Positions 45,055-58,216 of a stretch of DNA of 64,000 nucleotides are shown here, in pieces. Each line of letters begins with the position of its first letter. Within the stretch, counting starts at the first letter, position 1. The DNA is taken from positions 128,001 through 192,000 of the forward strand of contig OY760175.1 in the NCBI GenBank assembly GCA_963663165.1. The letters are read 5' to 3'. The position numbers and the translations under genes are program-made. Origin of the DNA: an uncultured Desulfospira sp. GTDB taxonomy: Bacteria; Desulfobacterota; Desulfobacteria; Desulfobacterales; Desulfobacteraceae. Under the pieces are notes generated by a model. It saw nothing but the letters and a program-made list of their open reading frames with translations. It was not told where the DNA came from and did not search any database.

Positions 45055-46215
45055 CTACAGCGTGTTGAAAGCGGCCAGGATATGGGCAAAGAGCAGGGAA
45101 CGGGAAATCAGGCTGTATTTGATGATATATTCATCTTCACTGTGGTCTTTGGCCCCTATGGGGCCTAATCCGTCAATGACCGGAATACCGGCAAGGGCAA
45201 TATTGTTGGCATCCGACACGCCCTGGCGAAGTTCTTCTACTACGGGAACGCCGATGGTGGCCCCAATTTTCTGGATTCGGTTGAACAGGTCTTTATTGGC
45301 CCGGGTCTGGGGCATGGCCGGCCGGGAAGAAACGGTGTTAAGGGTGCAAACGGTATGGGGGGTGGTCTGCTCTTTGACAATGCGGTTGATCTGGGTTTTT
45401 ATTTGTTCCGCGTCCAGGTCTGTTAAAAACCTGAAATCCAGGGAAGCACTGGCATGTTCAGCAACGGTGTTGGAGCCTAACCCGCCGTTTACAGTGCCCA
45501 CATTGGCTGAAATTCCTTTTTCAGGCTGGTTGAGATGTTCTATGGCAATGGTTTTTCTGGCCAGTTCCAGGATGGCACTGGCCTTGTTTTTCCCGGCAAA
45601 TGCGGCATGGCCGGCTTCCCCTTTTATGGCAAGATCCAGGGCCAGGTTGCCTTTACGGCCGGTTACAATTTCATTGGACAGGCCGCCGGCCTCAAGCACA
45701 AAGGCCGCCCGGCTTTGTTGGGCTTCTTTAAAAATAAGTTCCCGGGAACTTGGGGAGCCGATTTCTTCGTCAGGGTTGAAAACAAAGCAAAGGGGCAGGG
45801 TGTCCAGCCGGCCTGTATGCAACAGGGCCTTGATGGCATGAATGCCCACCACAAGCCCGCCCTTCATGTCTGCCGTACCGGGGCCGTAACAGCAGTTGCT
45901 GTCTTCCCGGTAAAAGTTAAATGAAGTGTTTTCAGGAAATACCGTGTCCATGTGGCCGGTGATCAGGATCTGGCTTTTGTCGGCTTTTCGGGCTGTGCAG
46001 GCCGGGCTCCGGGCAATAAGGGTGTCGCCGAAAACCGGGGATGGGCTGATCTCACAGGCAAATCCCATGGCCGCCATTTCTTTTTTGATTCTTGCCCCCA
46101 CCCGGTCCACCCCGGATTTGTTCCGGGAGCCGCTCTGGATCAGGACCAGTTCTTCCAGGAGTTGGAATGCCTCAACTGCGTGATCATACAGATACGATTT
46201 TATATCAGATGTCAT
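45055..46215 (-). CDS. M20 family metallopeptidase (glutamate carboxypeptidase-like)
   Basis: GHMDTVF, GPGTADMKGG, PDEEIGS, GRKG, GVSDAN, DGLGP...HS.DE. Confidence 0.92.
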   Translation of the reverse strand: MTSDIKSYLYDHAVEAFQLLEELVLIQSGSRNKSGVDRVGARIKKEMAAMGFACEISPSPVFGDTLIARSPACTARKADKSQILITGHMDTVFPENTSFNFYREDSNCCYGPGTADMKGGLVVGIHAIKALLHTGRLDTLPLCFVFNPDEEIGSPSSRELIFKEAQQSRAAFVLEAGGLSNEIVTGRKGNLALDLAIKGEAGHAAFAGKNKASAILELARKTIAIEHLNQPEKGISANVGTVNGGLGSNTVAEHASASLDFRFLTDLDAEQIKTQINRIVKEQTTPHTVCTLNTVSSRPAMPQTRANKDLFNRIQKIGATIGVPVVEELRQGVSDANNIALAGIPVIDGLGPIGAKDHSEDEYIIKYSLISRSLLFAHILAAFNTL

Positions 46216-46514
46216 GAATTCCCCCTGCCTTGAGATTTGTTTCCGGCCATGATCCAGGCTATAGCCCACAAAAGGGCCACCGGAAGGATGCCGATGGCGA
46301 TAAAGGCAATCAGATTATCTTCCCATGGCTTCAGCATCAGTGCGGCCGCAACCGGAACCAGAATACTGGCCACAATACCGGCACGAAGTTTGACTGAAAT
46401 TTTTTTGGGTGACATCCTGGCCTCCCTTTTCGGGGCAGGGGCCATCATTCTCGGAATAATGAACACCAGTCCGATCAACAAAATTAAAATCAGGATTTCA
46501 CTTATGCCGGTCAA
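46212..46514 (-). CDS. Small membrane protein, three predicted TM segments
   Basis: Hydrophobic segments; stop overlaps the M20 start (ATGA). Confidence 0.7.
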   Translation of the reverse strand: MTGISEILILILLIGLVFIIPRMMAPAPKREARMSPKKISVKLRAGIVASILVPVAAALMLKPWEDNLIAFIAIGILPVALLWAIAWIMAGNKSQGRGNS

Positions 46515-46599
46515 ACTTTATATCCTTTGTATTTAGCCTTTAGACTTAAGACGGAAAGTCTTTTAATGATACTCAAGTCTCAAGTCCCAAGTCTAAAGT

Positions 46600-47952
46600 C
46601 TATGCATCAAACAACGCATTAATAAACAGCTTGGCGTCAAATTCCTGGAGATCCTCGATGCCTTCACCAACGCCGATGTATGAAATGGGAATGTTCATTG
46701 AACTTGAAACCGCTGCAACAATGCCGCCTTTGGCAGTGCCGTCCAGTTTGGTTAAAGCGATCTGGGACAGGCCCACGGCTTCGTTAAAGATTTTTGCCTG
46801 GGACACGGCGTTCTGCCCGGTAGTGGCATCTAAGACCATGAGAATTTCATGGGGTGCGCCGTTCATTTTTTTGGCCACGGTCCGCTTGATCTTTTTGAGT
46901 TCTTCCATCAGGTTCTTCTGGGTATGAAGGCGTCCGGCCGTATCAATGAGCAGGACATCTATCCCCCTGGCCATGGACGCCTCAACCGCGTCATAGGCCA
47001 CCGCCGCAGGGTCGGCGCCTTCCCTGTGCTTGACAATGGATGCATTGGACCGCTCAGCCCAGATTTCAACCTGTTCAATGGCGGCCGCCCTGAAGGTATC
47101 GGCTGCCGCAATCAGGACCTTTTTCCCCTGCCGGGTATACTTCATGGCAAGCTTGCCCAGGGTTGTGGTTTTGCCGGTGCCGTTTACCCCGACCATCATG
47201 ATCACCTGGGGTTTGGGCAATGCCACAGGGCAGCTTTTCTCCTGCTCTGTCTGAAATAGGGAAATTAGTTCTTCTTTGAGGACCTGCTTCAATTCCTCGG
47301 CACCGGACAGCCGTTTGGCCTTTTTCCGGATCCGTTCCATGATTTCCATGGTGATATCAATGCCCAGATCCGAGGTGATTAAAAGTTCCTCAAGCTCTTC
47401 AAACAGGTCATCGTCAATGGCTTTGGCTGAGATGAACAGATCGTTGATATCCGTTGTCAGGATATCCCGGGTTTTTTTAAGGCCGGATTTCAGACGGGAA
47501 AACAGGCCGCTGCTTTCGGTTTTATCCTCAGGGGGCTCCTGAGCTTCCCGTGCCAGTCTTTCCTGTTCAGCGCGTTCCCGTTCGAGTCTTTCCTGTTCAG
47601 CGCGTTCCCGTTCGAGTCTTTCCTGTTCAGCGCACTCCCGTTCGAGTCTTTCCTGTTCGGCGCGTTCCCGTTCCAGGCGCTCCTGCTCGGCGCGTTCCTG
47701 TTCCAGGCGTTCCTGCTCGGCGCGTTCCCGTTCCAGGCGTTCCTGCTCGGCGCGTTCCCGTTCCAGGCGTTCCTGCTCGGCGCGTTCCCGTTCCAGGCGT
47801 TCCTGCTCGGCGCGTTCCCGTTCCAGGCGTTCCTGCTCGGCACGTTCCCGTTCCAGGCGTTCCTGCTCGGCACGTTCCTGTTCCAGCCTTTCCTGCTCAA
47901 CACGCTCTTGTTCTTTTTTTTGTTTTCTTTTTTTAAACAGATCGAAAATCAA
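46600..47952 (-). CDS. ftsY: Signal recognition particle receptor FtsY
   Basis: [41 protein letters not shown]. Confidence 0.97.
   Translation of the reverse strand: MIFDLFKKRKQKKEQERVEQERLEQERAEQERLERERAEQERLERERAEQERLERERAEQERLERERAEQERLERERAEQERLEQERAEQERLERERAEQERLERECAEQERLERERAEQERLERERAEQERLAREAQEPPEDKTESSGLFSRLKSGLKKTRDILTTDINDLFISAKAIDDDLFEELEELLITSDLGIDITMEIMERIRKKAKRLSGAEELKQVLKEELISLFQTEQEKSCPVALPKPQVIMMVGVNGTGKTTTLGKLAMKYTRQGKKVLIAAADTFRAAAIEQVEIWAERSNASIVKHREGADPAAVAYDAVEASMARGIDVLLIDTAGRLHTQKNLMEELKKIKRTVAKKMNGAPHEILMVLDATTGQNAVSQAKIFNEAVGLSQIALTKLDGTAKGGIVAAVSSSMNIPISYIGVGEGIEDLQEFDAKLFINALFDA
47554..47913 (-). repeat. 12 x 30-bp intragenic tandem repeat encoding E(R/Q)ERAEQERL
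   Basis: Counted directly in the ftsY 5' region. Confidence 0.95.
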
Positions 47953-48280
47953 TCTTTACTCTCCTATAAGAAATGCAGCCAGTGGAACCGCATTTTCATC
48001 CTTTTTTAGGGGTTTGGACTGAAGGATGTTAGACTGAAGGGCTTTAAATACCCTTCGCACTGTGAAAACTTCAGCCTTCAGCCCATCCACCTTCAGCCTT
48101 TCGTAGTGTTTGCACTTTTACAATTTTACCGGGTCAGAATCAAGCACAAGATTTTTGGGTTTACTTTATGGGCGGCAACCGTTAAAAATAGGACATCAAG
48201 TCAGAATGCCGAATCTAAGCTGCGGCTAACAGCTAAGAGCTAAAAATAGCTAAAAGCTTCCAGATAAACGGGAGGTATAC

Positions 48281-49720
48281 ATGGTAGAGCCTTTAGATAA
48301 GAAAATCGCTTTGCTTGAAGACCAGCTTAAAAAGCAAATTGCTCAAAAAGATAAGCTGGTTAAGGAATTAGATGAATTTGAGGAACAGACCCGGGAAAAA
48401 GACCGGCTGTATGCAAAATATATCCCCCTGATCATTGATATGGTTGTCCAGGACGAGGAGTCTTCATTTGGCCAGGCCTGCAAGGAGATCAGTGCCGGCA
48501 TGAAAAAGGGAACCTCCACGGCCAAAATGTCCTATGTCTTTGAGCAGTTGAAAACGGCAATGATCAAAGAAGATATCGGACCGGTGGTATTTAAAAAGAA
48601 AAAAGGGGTGTTTGCTTCCATTAAAAAATCTGCGGCTGATTTTTTTGTGGAGGACTTTAAAAAGGATTACCATGAGCTGCTCAATGAACTTAAGTCCTGC
48701 CTGGACAAGTCCTATGATCTAAGGCTCAATGAAGTTTCCAAAGGGCTTGTTGAACTGTCTGATTCCGCAGATATCACCCAGGTCCGGGAAAAAATTTTCA
48801 GCTTAATCATTGACTATATATCCGATACCAGCAAAGACCGGGAAAAAGTCAATTCCTTTGTTCTTGAGATTGTCGACAAGATACTGAAAATTGAATCCAA
48901 ACTCATTATTTCCCACGAACAGACCCGGGCCATTGCCAAAACCGGGCAGGGGTTTGAAGATGCCCTTACAAGTGAATTGGGGGAATTGAAAAAAAATACC
49001 GATATAGCCCAGAGCCTTGACGCCCTCAAGTCCCAGATTACAGAGCGGCTGACCTCCATTGACATGGCCCTGGTCAAGAAACAGAAAACCGAAAAGGCCA
49101 TTCACGATGTGGCCCGCAAAAATGTGGATGCCTTTAAAAGCAGCTTTGTAAAATTGAAAAAAGAACTGGATGAAGCGGTCCGCCATTCTGAGGAACTTGA
49201 AAAGAAACTCAACCGGGATCAGCTGACCGGTGCCTTTAACCGTCGGGCCTATGACCGGAAAATTTTAGAGGAAATGGACCGCTTTAAACGGTATGGCTCT
49301 GTTTTTTCCCTTTTGATAATTGATGCGGATAAATTTAAAAATATCAATGACCGGTACGGCCATGCCATTGGGGATAAGTGCTTGAAAGAGATTATCAAAC
49401 GGACCATGCCGTTGCTGCGCACCAACGATATGCTCGCCCGCTACGGGGGAGAGGAGTTTGCCGTCATTATGCCTGAGACCGATGGCCCGGGGGCTGTGAT
49501 CGCCGCTGAAAAGATTAGGAAGACCATTGAAAAGATAGAGTTTTTGTACAAAAACGAAAAGGTGATGGTAACGGTCAGTATCGGGGTCACCCAGGCCGTC
49601 CCCCAGGATGAAACCCACATTCAGGTGTTTGAACGGGCTGACGTTGCCGTGTACAAGGCCAAAGACGGCGGCCGCAATCAGGTGGTGCTCGAAGAAGCCA
49701 AAGAAGCAGACAGTAAATAA
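48281..49720 (+). CDS. Diguanylate cyclase with coiled-coil N-terminus
   Basis: DQLTGAFNRR, DADKFKNIND, RTND I-site, RYGGEEF; GGAGG RBS. Confidence 0.92.
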   Translation: MVEPLDKKIALLEDQLKKQIAQKDKLVKELDEFEEQTREKDRLYAKYIPLIIDMVVQDEESSFGQACKEISAGMKKGTSTAKMSYVFEQLKTAMIKEDIGPVVFKKKKGVFASIKKSAADFFVEDFKKDYHELLNELKSCLDKSYDLRLNEVSKGLVELSDSADITQVREKIFSLIIDYISDTSKDREKVNSFVLEIVDKILKIESKLIISHEQTRAIAKTGQGFEDALTSELGELKKNTDIAQSLDALKSQITERLTSIDMALVKKQKTEKAIHDVARKNVDAFKSSFVKLKKELDEAVRHSEELEKKLNRDQLTGAFNRRAYDRKILEEMDRFKRYGSVFSLLIIDADKFKNINDRYGHAIGDKCLKEIIKRTMPLLRTNDMLARYGGEEFAVIMPETDGPGAVIAAEKIRKTIEKIEFLYKNEKVMVTVSIGVTQAVPQDETHIQVFERADVAVYKAKDGGRNQVVLEEAKEADSK

Positions 49721-49850
49721 AATTGTAACTATTCAGCTAATGTTGGAAACTAAGCAAAACCAGGGTCCGTAACTGTTCATCAGCGTTCCCGCCTGCAACA
49801 ACGTTCCCCCATTGGACATTTAATATGCATCAGATTGAACAGGAGGCTGC

Positions 49851-51941
49851 ATGAGTCCCCAGGCACAAAAAAGTTCTGCGTCGGTTATGGATCATCCCAT
49901 GATCAGGGAAGCCTTGGCCGGCATCAACCATGAAAATACGGAACGGCGCTCTTTTTCCCCTGAGAAAATTCAGATTTTCAATTCTAAGGCCACCCGGCTG
50001 GAAGAAAAAAAAGAATATCAATTTTTCCTGCATCAGGAGGCGGAACGGCTGCTGCCGGATATTATTAAAAACCATGTCCAGCAGATTGTAGGAGACGACA
50101 GCCCGTCCGGGGATGCCGCAGAAAATTTTGCCCGGAAAAGGCGGATCGGCGTGGTGTTCTCCGGCGGTCCGGCGCCCGGCGGCCATAATGTGATTGCCGG
50201 CCTCTTTGACGCCATGAAATCCTGTCAGGCCCAATCCAGGTTATACGGATTTCTTATGGGGCCTGACGGTATCCTGGAGTCCAGGTTCATTGAAATTACC
50301 CGGGAACTGGTGGATAATTTCAGAAACATGGGCGGGTTTTCCATGATCGGCACGGGAAGGACCAAGATCGATTCCAAAGCCAAAATGGACCGGGCCCTTA
50401 AAACCTGTAAGGATATGAATCTGGACGGCCTGGTCATTATCGGGGGAGACGATTCAAACACCAATGCCGCCTTTCTGGCCCAGCATTTTAAAGCCTCCCG
50501 TATCAGCGTGATCGGGGTTCCCAAGACCATTGACGGGGATATCCAGGTCAAAACCCGGGACAACCAGAGCCTTTGTGCCGTCTCCTTTGGGTTTCACAGC
50601 GCGGCCCGGGGGTTTTCCGAGAACATCAGCAACCTGTGTGCGGATGCGTCTTCAGATAGAAAATACTGGCATGTGTGCAAGGTCATGGGACGGGTGGCCA
50701 GCCACCTGACCCTGGAATGCGCCCTTCAGACTCACGCCAACCTGGCCTTGATCGGCGAGGAGTTAGCCGATTATGTCAATCAGGACCGGCTGGCCCAGGC
50801 TGAAGAACAGGGGCTGACAGATTATAATGCCTTTGGGATTACCCTGCGCCACCTTTCCCGTCTGATCTGCGACATCATTGTCCGGCGGGCGGCTTTTGGG
50901 AAAAATTACGGGGTGATCATCCTGCCCGAAGGCATCCTTGAGTTTATCAACGAAATCCAGGTGTTTATTATTAAACTCAATAAAATTATCGCCGACTACA
51001 ACCGGATTCATGATCTCAGCTTTCATTTGAACTTTCCAACCCTGAAAGACAAACTGGGGTACCTGCGCCACATCAGCCAGGGAATGGTGGACAAATCAGG
51101 GTTCCCCATATGGAATGTCAGGGATGACGAGCTGTTTAACCAGCTGCCCTCCTTTTTTAGAGAAGGGCTTCTGGTGGAAAGAGACCTTCACGGCAATTTC
51201 CAATTTTCCCAGGTTAAAACCGAGAAAATCGTCATGAACATGGTCAAGGAGTACCTTGGGGTATTAAAAGAGCAGGGCCTGTATAAAATCGGCATCGAAA
51301 AAGCCGTCTATCTGTCCTTGATGGCAGATGGGGGGCTGGAACCTGAAGGTTATGCCCATGCCCTGTTTGAAGACCCGAAGGCCGAGTATCTGCTGGTTAA
51401 ACGGTCCATTATCTCATTTAAAACCTTGAAACAGGCCCTGGTATCGGGCAATGTTCTGGATGAAGAAGACCAGACCCCGGGGCCGGTCATTAAAATATTT
51501 GAAAAATCCAGGCCGTCTTTTAAAACCCAGACCCATTTTTACGGATATGACGGCAGGGGGTCGGATCCCACCAATTTCGACTGCAATTACACTTATAACC
51601 TTGGCATGACGGCGTTTCACCTGATTGCAGGACGTGCCACAGGGCAGATGGCCGCCATTAAAAACTTAGAAAAGCCCTTTGAACAATGGGCGCCCATGGG
51701 TATTCCCATCGCCAGGCTCATGCACCTTGAAGAACGAAAGGGAAAATTAGAGCTGGTCATTGAAAAAGCGCTGGTGGATATGGATTCCACCGCCTTTAAG
51801 GTCTATGCCCAGCTCAGGGAGAAATGGGCCGCTGCAGGTTCCGGGCCGGACCTCTACCGGCGGCCCGGTCCCGATCATTTTTCAGGAGAAAAAGAAGCTG
51901 AGCGGCCCATTACTCTGCTGCTGAATTCAATTACCGCCTAA
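49851..51941 (+). CDS. pfp: Pyrophosphate-dependent phosphofructokinase (long form)
   Basis: SGGPAPGGHNV, GGDDSNTNA (Asp at the PPi-specificity position), PKTIDGD, MGR, GYDGR. Confidence 0.88.
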   Translation: MSPQAQKSSASVMDHPMIREALAGINHENTERRSFSPEKIQIFNSKATRLEEKKEYQFFLHQEAERLLPDIIKNHVQQIVGDDSPSGDAAENFARKRRIGVVFSGGPAPGGHNVIAGLFDAMKSCQAQSRLYGFLMGPDGILESRFIEITRELVDNFRNMGGFSMIGTGRTKIDSKAKMDRALKTCKDMNLDGLVIIGGDDSNTNAAFLAQHFKASRISVIGVPKTIDGDIQVKTRDNQSLCAVSFGFHSAARGFSENISNLCADASSDRKYWHVCKVMGRVASHLTLECALQTHANLALIGEELADYVNQDRLAQAEEQGLTDYNAFGITLRHLSRLICDIIVRRAAFGKNYGVIILPEGILEFINEIQVFIIKLNKIIADYNRIHDLSFHLNFPTLKDKLGYLRHISQGMVDKSGFPIWNVRDDELFNQLPSFFREGLLVERDLHGNFQFSQVKTEKIVMNMVKEYLGVLKEQGLYKIGIEKAVYLSLMADGGLEPEGYAHALFEDPKAEYLLVKRSIISFKTLKQALVSGNVLDEEDQTPGPVIKIFEKSRPSFKTQTHFYGYDGRGSDPTNFDCNYTYNLGMTAFHLIAGRATGQMAAIKNLEKPFEQWAPMGIPIARLMHLEERKGKLELVIEKALVDMDSTAFKVYAQLREKWAAAGSGPDLYRRPGPDHFSGEKEAERPITLLLNSITA

Positions 51942-51968
51942 CATTACAACTTGCCGTGAAAAACCTGA

Positions 51969-52004
51969 TGTAGGCCGCAAAACCCTGTGTTTTCGCGGCC
52001 TACA
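51969..52004 (+). terminator. Hairpin, probable intrinsic terminator after pfp
   Basis: TGTAGGCCGC...GCGGCCTACA followed by a T-tract. Confidence 0.55.
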
Positions 52005-52115
52005 ATTTTTATTGTTGCAACAATAAAAATTGTAATTTTCATAACCATCCGATTTTAATCAGTTTTAGTAAAAAATCCCCACCCACACAACTTTTATTGT
52101 TACAACTTTTATTGT
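52001..52115. promoter_or_regulatory. Four ACAA-N6-TTGT boxes upstream of acs, candidate activator sites
   Basis: Boxes start at 52002, 52020, 52087 and 52102; 52001-52034 is a perfect 34-bp palindrome. Confidence 0.65.
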
Positions 52116-52191
52116 GAAATGAAATTTTCATTCATGGTTGAAATTTTAAAATATCCTTAATTTTCAATTGGTTAATTGTGTCCCCGGTTCT

Positions 52192-52208
52192 TTGGCACAA
52201 AACGTGCT
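52192..52208 (+). promoter_or_regulatory. sigma54 -24/-12 promoter of acs
   Basis: TTGGCACAAAACGTGCT, GG-N10-GC. Confidence 0.75.
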
Positions 52209-52286
52209 AAATTATATGAATAGATTGTATTTAGTAAATGGCATTCATTTAAGCGGCATCTTCACCTTAACCAAAAGGAGATTATT

Positions 52287-54323
<2,037 letters not shown>

Positions 54324-54415
54324 TGTTTACAGGATAATTTTTTTAGGGAACCGGCACCGCCGGTTCCCTAAGCCCAAAACATTCCCCCTGTAACCCCAAA
54401 AAAAGGAGTTTTTTT

Positions 54416-55741
54416 ATGACAACGCAAACCATTACCAAGACTGTTACTCAGGCCGAGCTTGAGGGAAAAGTACCGGCACAGGCATGGGTTACCACGTTTT
54501 CAGGCACAGCGGTTAATTTGTGTCTGGGGATTTTGTATGCCTGGAGTATCTGGAAATCGGCATTGGTCAATGTGGACTTGGCGGGACAGCCAATGAGCGG
54601 CGTTAATGAGGGGTGGCTTTACCTGACCAATGCCCAGGCCGCTACGCCCTATTCCCTGTGTGCCATTATATTCGCACTGTTTATGATCCCGGGCGGAAAA
54701 ATTCAAGATAGAATAAGCCCGGCGTTCGGCGCTACAGTGGGAGGGCTTCTGCTTGCTGCCGGGTGTATCCTGGCAGGATTCATGAAAAGCTACACCGGCC
54801 TGATTCTTGGGTTTGGCGTGCTTGGCGGTGCCGGTATGGGCATTGGTTATGCCGCCCCGACCCCGGCGGCCCTTAAATGGTTTGGCCCGGAAAAGCGCGG
54901 TTTGATCGCAGGCCTGGTGGTTGGCGGTTATGGCGGTGCGGCCCTGTACATCAGCTACCTGGGGCAGTATTTCATTGACTCCTGGGGGATTTCAGGCAGT
55001 TTTTATGCGCTTGGCGCGCTGTTCTGCATTGTGGTGATCATTGCCGGTCAGCTGCTGAAGACCCCGCCGGAAGGGTATACCCCGCCGGTCCCCATGAGCC
55101 GGGCAAATTTCAAACTGAACCAGGCAACGGAAAAAACCCATGACTGGGAAGCCGGTGATGTCCTTAGAACCTGGCAGCTGTATGCCCTGATATTCATGTT
55201 TATCCTGACCACCCAGTCCGGCCTTTTGATTATCAGCAGCGCCAAAGGGCTGATGGCGACAACGGCCAAAGGGATGCCCTTCTTTGTCACCAATGCCTGG
55301 CTTCTGGTCTCCTTCGGCGGCCTGATCAATGCGTCGGGACGGGTTGGCACCGGGTATTATTCTGATAGAATCGGGCGGTTAAATGCCTATTGCATTAACT
55401 GCTCCATTTCGGCGCTTTGCCTGTTTTCCCTGCCCTATGTGATTTCCACCCAGAATATTTTCCTGCTGTTTCTCGTGGTCGGGATTGCTTACTGGCAGTA
55501 CGGTGGCGGTCTGGCCCTGATGCCGTCTTTTACGGCTGATTTCTTCGGTTCAAAGAATCTGGGATTCAACTATGGCCTGGTGTTCTTAGGATGGGGCTTA
55601 GGCGTGTTCATCGCCCGAATCGGCGGCATGATCCAGGATGTCACAGGTTCGTTGAACTATGCGTTCTATCTGTCCGGAGGTCTGCTGATCCTTGGCGTAA
55701 TCCTGGCAAAACTGACCACAAAACCGGTTTATAACGGATAA
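54416..55741 (+). CDS. MFS transporter, oxalate:formate antiporter (OFA) family
   Basis: LGILYAWS, LKWFGPEKRGLIAG, NASGRV, DFFGSKNLGFNYG; about 12 TM segments. Confidence 0.88.
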   Translation: MTTQTITKTVTQAELEGKVPAQAWVTTFSGTAVNLCLGILYAWSIWKSALVNVDLAGQPMSGVNEGWLYLTNAQAATPYSLCAIIFALFMIPGGKIQDRISPAFGATVGGLLLAAGCILAGFMKSYTGLILGFGVLGGAGMGIGYAAPTPAALKWFGPEKRGLIAGLVVGGYGGAALYISYLGQYFIDSWGISGSFYALGALFCIVVIIAGQLLKTPPEGYTPPVPMSRANFKLNQATEKTHDWEAGDVLRTWQLYALIFMFILTTQSGLLIISSAKGLMATTAKGMPFFVTNAWLLVSFGGLINASGRVGTGYYSDRIGRLNAYCINCSISALCLFSLPYVISTQNIFLLFLVVGIAYWQYGGGLALMPSFTADFFGSKNLGFNYGLVFLGWGLGVFIARIGGMIQDVTGSLNYAFYLSGGLLILGVILAKLTTKPVYNG

Positions 55742-55790
55742 ATCTCGTTAGATTTTCTACCGAAATCCTGACACTGATAATGAAAACAAC

Positions 55791-55825
55791 AGCCCGCCTG
55801 CAAATCCATTGCAGGCGGGCTTTTT
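55791..55825 (+). terminator. Intrinsic terminator
   Basis: AGCCCGCCTGCAA-atcca-TTGCAGGCGGGCT-TTTT. Confidence 0.8.
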
Positions 55826-55849
55826 ATATTCAGGGGAATAGCTTGGTTA

Positions 55850-55892
55850 GAGCGGGCCATGCCCGCGAATCGCGGGCATGGCCCGCTCCTAC
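55850..55892. repeat. REP doublet (GTAG family)
   Basis: GAGCGGGCCATGCCCGCGA-a-TCGCGGGCATGGCCCGCTCCTAC. Confidence 0.85.
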
Positions 55893-55953
55893 ACCGTAAC
55901 CTGAGGAAATTGGTAAAATTCGGTCTTCCGTTTTCCGTTTCCGGTCTTCTTTT

Positions 55954-57060
55954 TTATTTTTTCCGCGGCTGGTAGGAACACAACGGCTCCTGGGCCAGGT
56001 AATTTCCCGTGGCCTCATAGGCCCTTGCCCGGCATCCCCCGCACACCCGGTTAAATTCACAGATACCGCATTTGGGCTCTAAGTTGGAAAAGTTGCGAAG
56101 CTCATTGAATACCTTGGAGTTTTCCCAGACATCCTTAAAGCTCTGCCGGGTAATGTCCCCGCAGGTCACATCCAAAAATCCGCAGGTCTGGACCCGTCCC
56201 ACATGGGAGACAAAACAGAACCCGGTTCCGGCAAGGCAGCCCCGGGTGACGGCATCAAGACCGTGGGTTTCAAAGCTGACCTTTTTGCCTTCTTCATGGG
56301 CCCGTTGTCTTAGAATCCGGTAGTAATGGGGTGCACAGGTGGCCTTGAGCTGGAGGCTGGTTTTGTCCCGCTGATCGTAAAACCAGTTCAGGGTCTTTTC
56401 ATACTGTTCGGCGTCAATGGATGAATCCAGGATATACTTTCCCCGGCCCGTGGGCACCAGAAGAAAAATATGGTGGGCCACTGCGCCTAAGTCTTCGGCC
56501 AAAGACAGAATCTTAGGGATTTCATCCAGGTTGGTCTGGGTGATCACCGTGTTGATCTGGAATTCCAGGCCGGCCTCTCGGGCCAGCTTAATGCCGTGAA
56601 GGGCCCGGTCAAAGGCATTGGTAAGCCCCCTGAATTCGTCATGGGACTTGGCCGTGGCCCCGTCAAGGCTGATGCTGATCCGCTTGATGCCAGAGTCTTT
56701 CATCTTTTGAACCGCGGCTTCATCCACCAGGGTGCCGTTGGGCGCCATGACCATGCGAAGCCCCAGTTCTGTGCCATAAGCGGCAATATCAAAGATATCC
56801 TTCCGCAGCAGGGGTTCGCCGCCGGTGAGAATCACGATGGGGGTGCCCACCTCCCGGATCTGTTCTAAAAGCCTGAACGAGGCCTTGGTGTCCAGTTCAT
56901 TGTCATAGGGGTGGTCTTCGGCCACAGCCCGGCAGTGTTTGCACGAAAGGTTGCACCGCCTTGTGGTCTCCCAGGCCACCAGCCTGAGGGTGTGGGATGC
57001 GTCTTTGCCGGGGTGTCCCTGGCCCTGGCCATGGCCGCCGGATGCGTGGTGATGGCCCAT
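55954..57060 (-). CDS. ahbD: Haem b synthase (radical SAM, alternative haem pathway)
   Basis: LVAWETTRRCNLSCKHCRA, LKATCAPHYYRI, RGCLAG, SPASM cysteines; adjacent to hemB. Confidence 0.92.
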   Translation of the reverse strand: MGHHHASGGHGQGQGHPGKDASHTLRLVAWETTRRCNLSCKHCRAVAEDHPYDNELDTKASFRLLEQIREVGTPIVILTGGEPLLRKDIFDIAAYGTELGLRMVMAPNGTLVDEAAVQKMKDSGIKRISISLDGATAKSHDEFRGLTNAFDRALHGIKLAREAGLEFQINTVITQTNLDEIPKILSLAEDLGAVAHHIFLLVPTGRGKYILDSSIDAEQYEKTLNWFYDQRDKTSLQLKATCAPHYYRILRQRAHEEGKKVSFETHGLDAVTRGCLAGTGFCFVSHVGRVQTCGFLDVTCGDITRQSFKDVWENSKVFNELRNFSNLEPKCGICEFNRVCGGCRARAYEATGNYLAQEPLCSYQPRKK

Positions 57061-58037
57061 TATGCGGTGAGCTCCTTTGCGGCGTCAATGGCCGAATAGG
57101 TCAGGATCATATCGGCCCCGGCCCGTTTAATGGAGAGCAACGCTTCCATGACAACGGCTTTGCCATCCACCCAGCCCATCATTTCGGCGGCCTTCATGAT
57201 GGAATATTCCCCGCTGACATTGTAGGCGGCAACGGGCAGGTCGATTTCCTGCCGGATCCTGAAAATAATGTCCAGGTAGGGCAGGGCGGGTTTGACCATA
57301 ATAATATCCGCCCCCTCTTCAATGTCCATGGTGGCTTCCCTGATGGCTTCATCGGAATTGGCCGGATCCATCTGATAGGTCTTCCGGTCCCCGAACTTGG
57401 GCGCTGATTCGGCTGCTTCCCTGAAGGGGCCGTAAAAGGCAGAACAGTATTTGACGGCATAGGACATGATGGGGATATGGGAAAACCCTTCTTCATCCAG
57501 GGTTTCCCGGATTTCCGCTACACGGCCGTCCATCATGTCCGAAGGGGCTACCATGTCGGCACCGGCCTGAACATGGGACAGGGCGGTTTTTGCCAGAAGG
57601 TCCAGGGTGGCATCGTTGTCAATGATGCCGTTGTCCACCACCATCCCGCAGTGGCCATGGTCGGTATATTCGCACAGGCAGACATCGGTCAGGACACTGA
57701 TGTCCGGCACCTTTTCCTTGACCGCGGCAATGGCCCTCTGGACAATACCGTCTTTGGCATAGGCCTGGGTGGCCAGGCTGTCTTTTTTGTCCGGGATCCC
57801 AAACAGGATAATGCCTGGGATCCCCACATCCTTGGCCTCCTGGGCTTTTTTCACAATATGGTCGATGGACAACTGAAATTGGCCGGGCATGGAGTCAATG
57901 GGTTTTTTGACCCCCTTTCCTTCAACGGCAAACAACGGCTGAATCAGGTCATCACAGGAAAGCTTGGTTTCACGGACCATCCGCCTGAAATTCTCACAAC
58001 TTCTAAGTCTTCTGCCCCTGTAGTCGGGAAAAAGCAT
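57060..58037 (-). CDS. hemB: Porphobilinogen synthase
   Basis: [50 protein letters not shown]. Confidence 0.97.
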   Translation of the reverse strand: MLFPDYRGRRLRSCENFRRMVRETKLSCDDLIQPLFAVEGKGVKKPIDSMPGQFQLSIDHIVKKAQEAKDVGIPGIILFGIPDKKDSLATQAYAKDGIVQRAIAAVKEKVPDISVLTDVCLCEYTDHGHCGMVVDNGIIDNDATLDLLAKTALSHVQAGADMVAPSDMMDGRVAEIRETLDEEGFSHIPIMSYAVKYCSAFYGPFREAAESAPKFGDRKTYQMDPANSDEAIREATMDIEEGADIIMVKPALPYLDIIFRIRQEIDLPVAAYNVSGEYSIMKAAEMMGWVDGKAVVMEALLSIKRAGADMILTYSAIDAAKELTA

Positions 58038-58090
58038 TATGGATCTCCTTGATACCTTGATAAGGCAATTATTTTAAATCTCGGTTAACC

Positions 58091-58212
58091 GTTTGGTCGG
58101 GAATTTGCCCAGATGCAAGGCGCAGAAAAATTTGCAACCGGAGCAACCTTGAGGGTTGTGAGGATTACAAATTTTTCTGCAACACAGCAGATGGGTGAAT
58201 TCCCGGCCAAAC
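58091..58212 (+). mobile_element. Core of MITE family A (long hairpin)
   Basis: Near-identical to 4448-4568, with compensatory changes in the outer stem. Confidence 0.75.
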
Positions 58213-58216
58213 AGAA

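Noticed and set aside
47554..47913. Regular 30-bp repeats as a CRISPR array
   Set aside because: Units are contiguous with no spacers and lie in frame within ftsY; no cas genes are present.
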